Source: Obrimoposthia wandeli (Eukaryota). Taken from it: a stretch of DNA of 64,000 nt. Positions 25,053 through 37,199 of the stretch are shown here, one piece after another; position 1 is the first letter of the stretch, and every line of letters starts with the position of its first letter. A program made the position numbers and the translations under genes. The notes beneath the pieces were generated by a model, which was not told where the DNA came from, did not search any database, and saw only the letters and a program-made list of their open reading frames with translations. Location: NCBI GenBank assembly GCA_977020255.1, contig CDROCS010003853.1, positions 186,001 to 250,000 on the forward strand, written 5' to 3'.

Positions 25053-28000
25053 TCATTTTTTCATTCTTAACATATCCATAGCAGTAAATTCCATCGATGC
25101 TAACAGTATCTGGATTGGTTTTAGTGATACTTTCGTTCTCTGACCGGTATTTTGTTTAGTCACACATACTTTATACTGTTTGCAACATGTTTTTATATTA
25201 TTTTCCATCTCGTCGCAAAAATATTTTCCCTTGATTCTTGATGCAATTTGTCGATTAGATAAATGTCCGCCTAACTTTCCGTCGTGATAATGAATCATTA
25301 ATGTTTGAATTAATGACGTTGGTATCACTACGACTGTTTTGTCTTGATTGTTTACAAAGTACAATATTCTTTCCTTGATAGAATATTTCCTTGATAGAAT
25401 ATTTCTTGCCTAATTCCTCTTCTATATCTTCTTTAACTAGCAGTTCTTGTATTTAACCTGATTTTGAATCATCCTTTTGTTCTTTAACGATTTCTTTATC
25501 GATCTTGGCTATTTTAGCTAAAACTGTCAGCAAATTTGATAACTCTACTTTCATAAAATTTCCTTTTTCGTCTACGTTCTCTAGTCGTGACAAACTATCG
25601 GCGTTTCTGTTGGCTCTACCTGCTCTATGACGAATCTCAAAATCGAATTCTGCTATCTTTGTTAACTATCTGTTCAATTTACTCAATTCAGAACACAGAA
25701 ACGTGTTTGTATAATTATTGAAGTGGTTTATTATCTGTGTATAGAATTATTCTTTTCCCTAAAAAATAATTTCTGAAATGTCTTGTCGAATATACGATCG
25801 CTATACATTCTTTCTCAACTGTATAATATCCTGTTTCTGTTTTATTTAATCATCTGCTTGCGTATGAAATCACATACTATTTTCCTTCATCATCTTCTTG
25901 ACCTAGTACTGCGCCTAAAGCTTAGTTGCTAGCGTTAGTCATCAGTATAAATTTGTTTGAAAAGCTAAACTGGGTGCTTGAATTAACTTTTGTTTTAATT
26001 CCTCATATGCTTTTTGTGCTTCTGCTCCCCAGAATAATTTCTCTCCTTTCCTTGTGAGCTTTCTTATTGGTCCTGCTATCTCTGAAAACTGTTTCACAAA
26101 ACGTCTGTAATAATTAGCTAAACCTAGAAAACTTTGTATTTTTAACGGTTTTCGGTGCTGGGTGCTCTTTTACTTTCTCAATATTACCAGAGTCAGATCT
26201 GGTCCCTTCTTTCTAAACTATGTGACATAAGGAGGTTACTTTGCACTTTGTTGGTTTTAGTTGAAGTTAAGCATTTTTTAACCTTTTAAATATACTTTCT
26301 ATGTTTTTAAAGTGTTCGTTAAAAAATGAGAAATTATGTTATCACTTCTCCTTGTTAGTGTAATGGTACTATGTACGGGCGTTTACGCACTACTTTGTTC
26401 TCAGTTAAGGGTATTGTGTGTTTAATTACTGGTGTTTCTCCCAAATCGTATTGATTCTTAGCTATCACTTTTGGAAATCTATTAAATCATTTATGTAATT
26501 TATCTTTTTTGTTGATGATTTTATCCCGTAGATTTTATTGTTATTTTCTCGTAATTATCACTTCAACTTGTTTATCTAATTTCATTGTGTCTGGTCTGAT
26601 TAATTTCTTTGTACGGCAAAATATCCTCATTTGTTTCATCACAAATGTACAAGGTAAAATTCCGATTATATTTACAGGGTATCCGTTGACTGATATTAAA
26701 TACTGATCTGGCGGTTTCATTTCGCCTTTTTGTTTCTCTGTCAAACATTATTCACTGCTCCTGTATCGACAAGTGCTTTCAATTCCTTGTTTTTTACTCT
26801 TATGGTTGCAGCTGGTCTTAAAACTCCATTCACATTTCCCATCGAGAAAATTATACTTTTTCCGTTTACTTTCATTCTTTTGATCATATTCACTTGTTTT
26901 TACCGCATTTTGTGCATGATACTGCAGTTCTCCTTTTAGCTGATCATTATTCTGCTGGTGTCTCAATTCCTGGTAATACAGTCGCTTCTAACTCTATGAG
27001 TTTTCCTTCTACTCTTATTTTGCATTAAAAACGTCCTTCTGAGCATAGTGGAGTTCCATTCACCACTGTGAATGCCTCTTGTTCCTTATTCATATCTTGT
27101 CGCTTTTTAATAGTCAGCGTGTTAGTGTCAACGATTGTCATTTCGGCTCCTGTATCTATGACAGCTTCATATTCCCGGATATTAAATTCGATTCCAACCG
27201 CTGGTGGGTCACACGAATTACTATTTGTTCATTTCGTTATCATTACATTCTTTTAATAACGCTTAGCTTCCTTATGTAACTGTTGCGTTGGGTAGATACC
27301 TGTAACTGTTGCTGCTTGCTGACATATCTCGTCAGTTGATGACTTAAAACTTGGTCCTGGACTATTGTCGTCGTCACTTCTATTACTGTTGTCATCTCTT
27401 ATGTTTTCTTTCTCGTTACAGTTGTATTTCGCACAAATTATTAATGTCAAACAGTCCTTGATCTTTCCTTAATGCACGTAACTCATTATTGTGATGGCAG
27501 TGCTTTAAATATTTCGCCAATAATGAAAACATCTAATAATCAATTTCCAGGTTACTCCTGTAATTCTATACAAACCGTAAGTTGACAAGATTTGTGAGAG
27601 AAGAATTTATAGAAATTTAATTGTTACGTAAATACCAATTATTTCTGAAAACATTTGTCCTAAAACAAGGAATTTTCCTTATTTATTTTCTAATGTTTTG
27701 TTTGCTGCTTGCTTAAAATGCTCCTCAGACAAAATCATTTCAAAATCAGCAAGGTCTGCTCCTGCTGGCATTACTCGATCTACCATCTCTGTTAAAACTC
27801 TCGCTCTACGAACGGGAAACATTGTCTCGTTCCAAGTTGATTTTAATTCCTCTGGAGTGTATAAACCAGTACAACCTAAATTGTTGAGGATTGAAAATGT
27901 TAAGTATTTTTTCGTAAAATTTTAATTTTTTGGTGAATATTCATTTTAACTCTATTTTCTCTACTATCATTCAATTTAGTGAACACTGTTAATGGTGCTT

Positions 28001-28840
28001 CAGGGTCTTCCTGTTTTACATACTTATCGTATTTTTGTAATAAAATTACTGCTGCATCTCTGTGCTCTGACATGTTACCTGAAATTTCGACTAATTCGGT
28101 TATAACTGATTTAAGTTATTAGGCTCTACTGTTTAAATACTCATTATTTTCATCATTTTCTAAAATATTTTTGCTTTATTTATGATTAATTCATCTGTGG
28201 TAATTCGTTCGCTATTTTCACCATCTTCTGATTTATTTATTAATTCATAATATCTAATCGGATTTGTGTTTATGGTTTGTTCCATAGGTAACTCTTATAG
28301 CTCAATAATTTTATTCATCGTATCATTAAATTCTTTAGGGGTTATATTTCTTTTTGGTTTAGAAATTACGGCTGTACTCGAAGTCTTATTTTTTGGTTGT
28401 TTCTCTAGTATTTCCAACATTCTTACATATTTATTATTCATATCCTCCTGGTCGATATCTTTACGTAATTTATCCTCTTTAGGGTTTTCCTCATATTTGG
28501 GTACGTAATTTCAGTTTATGTTAGGTCTTGGTGGACTTTAACGGTTACTACTTTTCTCTTCTCTTCGATTATCGTCAAATCTATTTGAAAACTTATCATT
28601 ATTTATGTTATTTCGTTGCCAGTACGATGGTGAAATTGATCCGTAATTATTTCTATCCTTCGGTTTCCATTATTATTATAAAATTATTTCTGTCTGTTTT
28701 GTCTCTTCTTGGACCACGACAGTTTCTTGCTATATGGCCAATTTTATCGAAATTATGATATTACGCGTCACTGATATTCAAATTTTACTCTCTAATTGTC
28801 GTTAAATGGGGTACGGTAATCAAATCCGCTAGGTGAATTA
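25053..28840 (-). mobile_element. Older Ty3/Gypsy element D, 3' part (gag knuckle, glycoprotein remnant, two proteases, RT C-term/RNase H, integrase Zn finger), heavily deleted
   Basis: Knuckle remnant KIGHIARNC (~28720-28760); DTG motifs at ~27150 and ~26765; TNASN*ALGAVLGQ RNase H (~25900); HYHDGKLGGHLS integrase Zn finger (25053-25364). Confidence 0.85.
27500..27910 (-). pseudogene. C-terminal remnant of chuvirus-like glycoprotein in element D
   Basis: NNLGCTGLYTPEEL...MFPVRRARVLTEMVDRVMP...*GKFLVLGQMFSEIIGIY...ILLSQILSTYGLYRITGVTWKLI aligns with 35067-35480. Confidence 0.85.
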
Positions 28841-29614
28841 TGATAAGTTACAAATAAATAACTAAATTGTATTTGTCGATAATTGAATAATTCTCAACAA
28901 ATACCAGATCAATTTTTCTGGTCAAAATGATACACTCTTTGTCCTGTATAATTCTTGTGTTGTTATTTTCATAGGCATCTCTGTATATATACAAACAAAC
29001 ACAGACAGACACAAACACACAAAAATCAATTTTCATCCGGACAGTTGGAGGGCGATTTGCAGAAACTGTGGCCATAGAGACACAGACCGAGAGAGATATT
29101 TTGCCGCAGCTGGAGAGACTGCACACGCTGTCATGCTATGGAGTTGTCCCAGCTGCTAGAGGCACCCGAAGGCAAGAGAGAAGACCCGACACGGCGACAG
29201 AATCGGTAGGAGAGAATATTGATGATGACAATGATGATGTCGCCGTCGATGATGATGACGACGTCACTGTCGCTGGAATCCACTGTGGACTGATGCATGA
29301 CATCAAATAGATCCGGCCAACATCAGGATAGTGGAGGGCGGCGCTGCACAACCTGCAGACTTAGTGCAAGTAAGTGCCCTTTGTTTATTTTCTCCTTTTT
29401 TATTTCTGACTTTGCGGGCATTTTGCCCACCGCGAAGCCAGAGATAAATCTGCCGCCCCCCTGACGAGCCCGGCAGGGCGAAACCGGTTAAGCCGATCGG
29501 GGACTGAACTAATAAAACTGATTACAAAATGCCAAAGTGTATTTCACTTACCCGAATTAAGAAATAATTTTAATTTTTTAATTTTATTATTTTTTTTTAA
29601 TTATAATCCTAACA
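28841..29614 (-). repeat. 3' LTR of element A (774 bp)
   Basis: Aligns with 40420-41325; preceded on minus by a purine-rich tract AGCCGGAGGA. Confidence 0.92.
29455..29504 (+). ncRNA. Type I hammerhead ribozyme in the 3' LTR (antisense to the element)
   Basis: GCCCCC CTGACGA GCCC GGCA GGGC GAAA CCGG TTAAG CCGA TC GGGGAC; intact core, predicted cut after C29498, one stem III mismatch. Confidence 0.85.
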
Positions 29615-29912
29615 ATCCTCCGGCTAATAAATGTTCTGGCCTCAGAATTCAAATCTCCAGCAAAACACAAATAAAAATCAATTTTTTCCAATTAAATTAC
29701 TTAAAAAATGATAAAACTTTTAAACATTGAAAATGTTCTTGATAAAATAGTAATACTTATTAATGAAACAATAATAATACCTTTGATTATACGTTGTCTA
29801 AAATAAAACATTCATCGGAGTCGGAGTCGGAGTCTGTTATCTCACTTGGGATACTCAACAAATCGTTTAGACAAAATTCCTCCACCAGTCTATCTCTACG
29901 TTTTTCAAAAAC

Positions 29913-30404
29913 TCACTTAATGTTCTTGGTATCCTCTAAACATGTGTGAATCTTCTTCTGTGTTTCTTCTCCAAAATATTTTGATATCATTGTCTTTAAT
30001 CCTATTTTAGGATGGTTATGGCCAAGTTCTGTTCTTATTTCAGTTGATGCACCCAGGTCCATGATTCTAGCAAAATGGTGTTTTTCTAGTCTTAATACTT
30101 TCAAATCATTTTCTAATCCTGCACCTATCAAAATATTTCCTACTAATATTGATTGTGCATTTTCAATGACTTCCTCTGCATCAGTCTTTCCTGTCAAAGA
30201 TTTTTTGGTGAAACCAGTTATAAATTTAACATAATTTCGTATTCTTTCTCTTGGCGTTACTATTTCATGTAATACAATCTGATCTTTTTCATCTATGATT
30301 GTAATGCTAGCCAATGTTTGTTTTTTGTCTACCGTGATGGCCATTTCACAGTCCATGAAATATTTAATTGGAATTTTTGATATATTTGTATTTTCTAAAA
30401 GCAT
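29913..30404 (-). CDS. DEDDh 3'-5' exonuclease, ISG20/REX4 family-like, carried by element A (163 aa)
   Basis: ExoI YFMDCEM, ExoII ILIGAGLENDL, ExoIII IHTCLED; all catalytic positions appear present. Confidence 0.88.
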   Translation of the reverse strand: MLLENTNISKIPIKYFMDCEMAITVDKKQTLASITIIDEKDQIVLHEIVTPRERIRNYVKFITGFTKKSLTGKTDAEEVIENAQSILVGNILIGAGLENDLKVLRLEKHHFARIMDLGASTEIRTELGHNHPKIGLKTMISKYFGEETQKKIHTCLEDTKNIK

Positions 30405-30587
30405 TATTTTATTCGTTTTCCAGATTAACTATATAAAAAATGTATTTCTCCTGGGACTAAATTTTAGGAGATATTCGTTTCTTAACTCTTTTTTATCAAT
30501 GGTATAAGAATGATTTTGTAAAAACATGTGACTTAATTTCTTTTCTTGTTTACTCATTAAATGAGCTCTTCCTTCTGCTCCATGAAT

Positions 30588-30953
30588 TTATATTTCTTCT
30601 ACGTCTAGTAAATCTCCTACTAATTCTGATAAATTTATTCTTACATTGTTGGTGTGGTGCATAGTAAAAATTACACTTTTTCTGCTAGTCTTTGTAATTT
30701 TTAGTTTATTAGGAATATGCGTTTGGTCTTGGAATACCTGTTTTCCTTCTCCATTTTTAAAATATCTATTGCTATACTGTCTTATTCTTCTATATAGGAA
30801 TTTCGCTAAAATGTTCATTGTTGGAGTGCATAATGGTTCTTCCTCTAAACTATTAGTAAGGTCTACGACTGATGGTGAAAAATCGTCCAAACAACTTTCC
30901 CCTACAACTCGGATCCACTTCCGTTTGTTTGTTGAGTACTCCATCTGTAACAT
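30588..30953 (-). CDS. ORF-X, unknown accessory protein of element A (may extend past the stop)
   Basis: Homologous to 55625-55870 (QTHIPNKLKITK..INLSELVGD vs QNYFPNKLKITT..IAISEFLPD). Confidence 0.55.
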   Translation of the reverse strand: MLQMEYSTNKRKWIRVVGESCLDDFSPSVVDLTNSLEEEPLCTPTMNILAKFLYRRIRQYSNRYFKNGEGKQVFQDQTHIPNKLKITKTSRKSVIFTMHHTNNVRINLSELVGDLLDVEEI

Positions 30954-31549
30954 AATTCAGTCGGAGTAAAATATAGAACAATGAAAAATAAAGAATAAAG
31001 AAACATTTTCATGCAACTGTAGAATATGTAGTCATAATTTTGTACAACAGATATATTATATAATAATCAAGTTATCATACTGGCCAAATTAGCCCAATTC
31101 GGATTAATTTCCAGAATCATGTCCATAAATAAAGTTTCGATTCCTGTTGGGAAAAATAAGTCTGATCATTAAGTGTTGGGTCTGTGACTGCAGAGCTAAA
31201 GTTACTCTCCGTTGAGAACTGATTCTATGATAAAGATCATCAATTTTATGTGAATCAGATTTGATTATCTGTTCAAGCTCATTCATTTATGTCTGTTGCA
31301 TTTACTTTGTGTAAATTTTTATTTGTTATATAATATATTATAAATAATATCATTATTTTTATGATTTCTTTTATCGATATTTTTATTGTATTTTTATCTG
31401 ATGATTTTTATTAATATTATTTTGTTTCTGTGAGTTTTTTATTGTTAACATTTGTAAAACAATATTATCGTTAGTTGATCTCAGATTATATCTATGAATT
31501 TTTACTTTTGTATTTTCCTCAGGTACTTGACGACATCTATTTATATGTG

Positions 31550-34500
31550 CTCTTATTTCTTTTGATTTAGGGTCATTTTCAAGTTAAGCGGTTATGTTAG
31601 TTCCGTTGGTACTAATGACTGTATATGGTTTTGATAGTTTGTGTGACAGACCTACGCTGATTTGTGGATTGTGAATCATCACTTTACTTCCATTTTTATG
31701 TTTGATGGTTTAGTTCTTCTATCATAGTATTCTTTGTAGTTTTCTTTTATGTTTTTTACAAATAATTTTTTCAAAAGCTAATTTTATTCTCTCTCTATTT
31801 TCTATTTTGTATTCTGGTATTTCTAAGTATTGAGTGGTAGGTTGTAATAATGTTAGATCAATAGGCATTTGTGGATCTCTGAGGAACATAAGGTAAAAAG
31901 GTGTTTCTCCTGTTGATGCATGTACTGATGTTCTATATGCAAAAAGGCATGGAGGTATGTGTAAATCCAAATCTGTTTGATTGTTGTTAATGTATGATGC
32001 CATCATATCTTCGAGGGTTCTATAAAATCGTTCTAATAATCCATCGGTTTGAGGGTGATATGGAGTTGTGTTAATCTTTTTCATATGAAATATTTCAGCT
32101 TTAGATGCTAACACATTATTTATGAATTCAGGACCTTTGTCAGTTAAAAACTTTCGGGGTGCACCGAAAGTAAAAATTATTTTTTCGACTAAAACCTTCG
32201 CGATGGTTTCAGCCTTGTGATCTTGTGTTGGGAAAGCCTTTGGCCATCTTGTAAAATAGTCGGAGAATACTATTATGTAGCGATTTCCTCGGGGTATTTC
32301 AGGTAATGGTCTCATTTCATCCATGGCAACGATTTCCATGGGGGCTGATGGATAAGGTATTGGCTTTAAAGTAACTTTAGTGGTACGTAACGTGTTTTTT
32401 CGTTTAAGGCATATTTCGCATGTTTTGCACCAATTTTTTACATTTTCTTTCATGTCGATTTAATAATATTTTAGGTTTAACCTTGAAAATGTCTTTTTTG
32501 ATGATAAATGTCCACCTAGTGCTCCATTATGATATTGAAGGAGTAGTTGACATTGTATGTCTTTCGGGATTACTAATGAGTATAAATTTTTATCATTTAA
32601 ATAATATAATATTTCATTACTATATTTATATCGTGATTCGTGACTTTTTAAGTGTTTCCTTAATTTTTCATCTGTTGGAATTTCGTTTATGCTAATGTAT
32701 TTAGCTATTTGTTGAATTTCAGTATCTTTACTTTGAAGTTCTGTAATTACTTTTTCGTCGTATCTAGCTTTTATTATTGTAAAAAGGTTGGATGCTGAAT
32801 TGTCAGTATTTAACATATTTATATCATCTCTAATTCTAGACAAGCAATCTACATTTGCATTCGATTTTTTTTTCTATATTTTATTTCTATGTCATATGTT
32901 TGAAGAATTAATGCCCATCTCATTAATCTAGATGTAGTGTCTTTGTGATTGAAAAGCCATTGTAATGGTCTTTGATCTGTATATACATAAATTTTCCGAC
33001 CAACTAAGTAATGTTTAAAATGTTCCATAGCAAAACAAATAGCTAAACATTCTCTTTCAATTGTTGAGTAGTTTTTTTCATGTTTTTTAAGACCTCTGCT
33101 TGCGTATGCTATTACATGATCTTTCTCGTTATTATCTTGTTGTCCTAACACCGCTCCTAGTGCGTATCCACTTGCGTCTGTCATTACTATAAATGAGTTT
33201 TTGAAATCTGGATATCTGAGTATAGGTTTTTCAATTAGTTTTTGCTTTAAATATTCGTACGATTCTTGTTGTTCTGTTTCCCATTCAAATTTTTCGTCTT
33301 TTTATAATTATTTTATTTAATGGTGTTGCTATTTGAGCTAAATTTTTTATAAATCTACTATAGTAGCCAACTAATCCTAAAGATTCTTGAATATTTTTAA
33401 CAGTTTTTGGAATTGGAAAATTCTTAATCTTTTCCATATTACTTTCGTCTGGTTGTATTCATTTTGCAGACACCGCATGTCCTAAATAATTTACTTTTTC
33501 TTTTATCCATTCACACTTTTTTGGTTTTAATTTTAAACCCGCTAATTTCAATCGTAGAAAAACATTTTCTAAATCTTTAAGATGTTCTTCAAAATTTTTA
33601 GAGAAAATTATTATATCATCAATGTAAACCATTACATGATCAGCGTCCATTAAAATGTGACTCATACATCTTTGAAATGTTGCTGGAACTCCTGTTAGTC
33701 CAAAAGGCAATACATTAAATTCATACAAACCTTCTCCTGTTGAGAAAGCGGTTTTATTTTTTTATCATTTTCTTCAATTTCGATATGCCAATAACCACTT
33801 TGTAGATCGAGAGTTATGAATATTTTGGCGTTTTTTTGTTTGTCTAAAATCTCGTCTATTCTGGGAAGTGGATATGTATCTTTTTGTGTATTCTCATTTA
33901 ATTTTCTATAGTCTACACAGAATCTCAAGGAGCCATCTTTCTTTTTACTTAAACTACGGGTGATGTCCATGGTGAAAAACTTCTTATTATTATGTTATTC
34001 TCTAACATTCCTTTGATTTGTCTTTGGGCTTCATCTCGATAAGCGTATGGTATACGGTAAGGTCTTCGTTTAATTGTTGTATTAGTAGTTAGCGGAAGAT
34101 TATGTTTTATTAGATCAGTACGTCCTAAATCATATTCAGTTTTTGCAAAAATAATATCATATTTTTCTTTTAAGGTTTTTAGTCGTGATTTTTCATAGTC
34201 TATTAATTGTATTTTGTCAAAATTAATTGTTGATGTATCACTTATTGTTTCATTATCAATAAAACTAATAATTTCGATTACACTTATTTTTCCTAGGCGT
34301 ATCCCTGTATTAAGATGAATTTGATTTGTATCTCCATTTAATATTTGGATAGGTATTGTATTATTTTTAATTTTACATATTATGTTGGGTTGTTCTTTGT
34401 TTCTTCTTAATGTTTATATGGCTCAAATAATATGTCTTTGTCTGATACTAAATTTGTTTCTAAGTGTAATATTGTTACCGTTCGTGGTTGTAATATAATA

Positions 34501-34960
34501 TATCCTTTAATTTATATTTCATATTCGCTTTTAGCATTGGCTTTGCGAATATTTTTAATTTGGTTTTGTTCGAAGTCAAAATGTAAATTATTTCCTAATT
34601 TCCTTAATGTATCTATGCTAATAATCATTTGACATGGACAACCTTTCATAATTCTGGTAGGGATTTTTATCGATTTATCACCTATTTTAAATATACAATC
34701 CAATTAGCCTATTATATTTACTGGTTGTCCATTTGCTGCCATAACTTGGCTATTTTCGCTTAACAATGATGATTTTTGATACTCACTTAGAAATGATTCA
34801 TCTAAAACGGTAACGCTTGACCCTGTATCTATTAAAGCTTTTAAACTATAATTATTTATTTCAACTTTTACATATGGTCTTTTGTCATTGTCTAGTTGAT
34901 TTATTGTATAAATTGTCGGTGCAGTCGGCTCTGGGATGACCACTTCATTTTTGTACATTT
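31550..34960 (-). pseudogene. pol of element A: protease (34500-34958), RT (33200-34100), RNase H (32849-33200), integrase (31550-32600)
   Basis: ALIDTGSS; [21 protein letters not shown]; TDASGYALGAVL; HNGALGGH...CKTCEIC, DYFTRW, TDKGPEF, TPYHPQTDGLLER. Confidence 0.95.
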
Positions 34961-35066
34961 TAAAATCGGGATATTTCGGGGATTCTGTATTTTCTGTAAT
35001 TTCGTTGATAGTTAATTTTTGTGATTTTGTTTCTCACATTTCGTTTGATAATGCGTTTACTGTATT

Positions 35067-36960
35067 TTAATGATGATTAAATATAAGAAATTTAGCCAAA
35101 AATGGAAAACATCCCAAAATTAGTTTCCATGTTAATCCACCAACTTTATAAATATAATATGTAGAAAGTATTTGACTTAATAAGATTTTGAAACATATTA
35201 TAAGTGCATAAATACCAACTAATCCTGAAAAACCTTGGCCAAATATTAGAAATTTTCCCCATATTTTTGTCATTGTGTTTTTTGTAGCTTTTACAAAATG
35301 GTTGGGTGACAATAGCAAGTCATAATCTGGACGACTAAATCCATCAGGTACTGATCTTTCGATGATTTGAGTCAAAACTCTTGATCTTATTTGTGGAAAT
35401 AATATTTATTTTCTGAGTTTATCAATATCTTCTTGTATGTATATACCGTTTGTATTTAATTCGTTGTCCGGTTCTATTTCTAAGTTATTTTCAAGGACTG
35501 TTAATTGAAGTTGTTTTGGTTGTGTAACTATGTATCTTCTTGGAAGTGTAATCCATGTATCTTTAGTGATTTGATAAAGTGGTGCCATTAAGTTTGAACA
35601 ATTCATTTCTTTGATACTATAAATATTAAAACGTATTATTCGTGTGATAGGCTCTACAAATAATGAGTAATTTTTATAAGTTATTGGTAATTCTTTTGTA
35701 CATTTGTCATGATGTCTTATTTTTACTATTACTTTTTTGCATTTATATGTGTATAGAACTTCACCCATTACTCTACCGAAAATACCGTCTGACAAAGGTA
35801 ACAAAGGTGTTATCAACTCCGGATTAGTAGCAATAATTGCTAATTTAGTTTTTAAGATTTCTTGATTTAATTTGCAATCGTTGTTAATTGTTTCTCTGTA
35901 TAATGCTTCTATTGTCATTAAGCCTTTATGATAAAAATAATCTATTTTATTGTTAAAATAATCGTAATTTTTAATGTCAAATTTTGTAGGTGTGTATTTT
36001 GCATTTTGTATTTTTTCCTTACTAAGATATATGCCTTTATAGTTTGTTGTATAAATCATGTGTCCACAACGTGTTTCTTCTTTCTTTTTTATAAATCTCA
36101 TTCCTGAGCCTTGATCTGTAGACATTAAAATAGTCGGGGTATTTGCCTTTTGTTGCTTTCGTGTTCTGTATGTTTTAAATATATCTTTTGGTATTTGTTG
36201 ATTAAATTCTGGATCGTCTTTAAATCTTCTACCTTGAATTATTTGAAAATTTTCAGTTTTAAGATGTATTAACTTACATTGTTCTAAATGTACTTTATAG
36301 TATATAATTGAGGAACCTGTGTTACAGTATCTCATGTTGGCTTCACAAAATGGCATTTTCATCATTGTTTTTGTGGATGGGTCAAAAATTGCTTTAAAGA
36401 TTCTAAGTTCTACCTCAAAGTTTTTTATCACAACTAAACCTTTTTGTTTGATTCCCATGACTACATATGTACCTGTCGTACAAGTAACGTCTGATTTTAT
36501 TGAACCAACTACAGTTATCATTTGTTGAAGGATTTTACCTTTAACTGCTCGAACTTTAATTTCTCTATCAATGCGTAATTCACCAGTTGTGAATGCATCT
36601 TTGCAATTTAAAGCATCGACTATTAGTAGTGTTTTTCCGAGTGTGGGTCTCACTATTGAGCTGTGACTATCTGCTCTGCAATGTGTTATAAATGTTTCTA
36701 CGTGTACTCTACACTCGAACAATTCAGCACTTATAAAATCAGTCTCTTGGTAGACGTGGAGTAACTCAGTTCTTTTAATTTTTACCTCGTTTGGGTCTGC
36801 GTCTGCACATTGCTGTAAATCCATCAGTGAGTTCTGTTTTGTATTTTATAAGATGTGCAATCATATGCTTCTATAGCATTTATGGGTTTTATTATATTTA
36901 CTATCAACGTTATATTACTATTAGTTGTATAATTTTATAAATATTTTTTAAATATTCTTT
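35067..36960 (-). pseudogene. env-like class III fusion glycoprotein (chuvirus/gB-type) between gag and pol
   Basis: N-terminal AYDC (~36870, frameshifted), Cys-rich ectodomain (CRVHVETFITHCRADSHSSIV; GEVLYTYKC; CTKELPITY; NGIYIQEDIDKLR), stop at 35406, then a C-terminal TM region WGKFLIFGQGFSGLVGIY. Confidence 0.82.
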
Positions 36961-37199
36961 TATATATTCAGTGAATTTATTGTATTTAACTTTACTCTTT
37001 TTAGTATTTTTTAATTTCCTTTTAGGCTTTGTACCTTTTGTGGTGTTTGTGTGTTCTTTTTTTTTTAGTTTTAATTTTATTTTCTAAAGTTATACAACCT
37101 GTTCCAAACATTTCACCGAATTCAGATTGATCATTTATTTTTGTTGTATTTTGCTCTGAGTTATTAAATTGTTGATGTTATTCTTGATAACGGTTATTT

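Noticed and set aside
29068-29351. ORFs inside the LTRs (29068-29310, 29136-29351, 40803-41018, 42958-43317)
   Set aside because: Short low-complexity frames in GC-richer LTR sequence; the plus-strand ATG is not kept in the other LTR; no recognisable domain.
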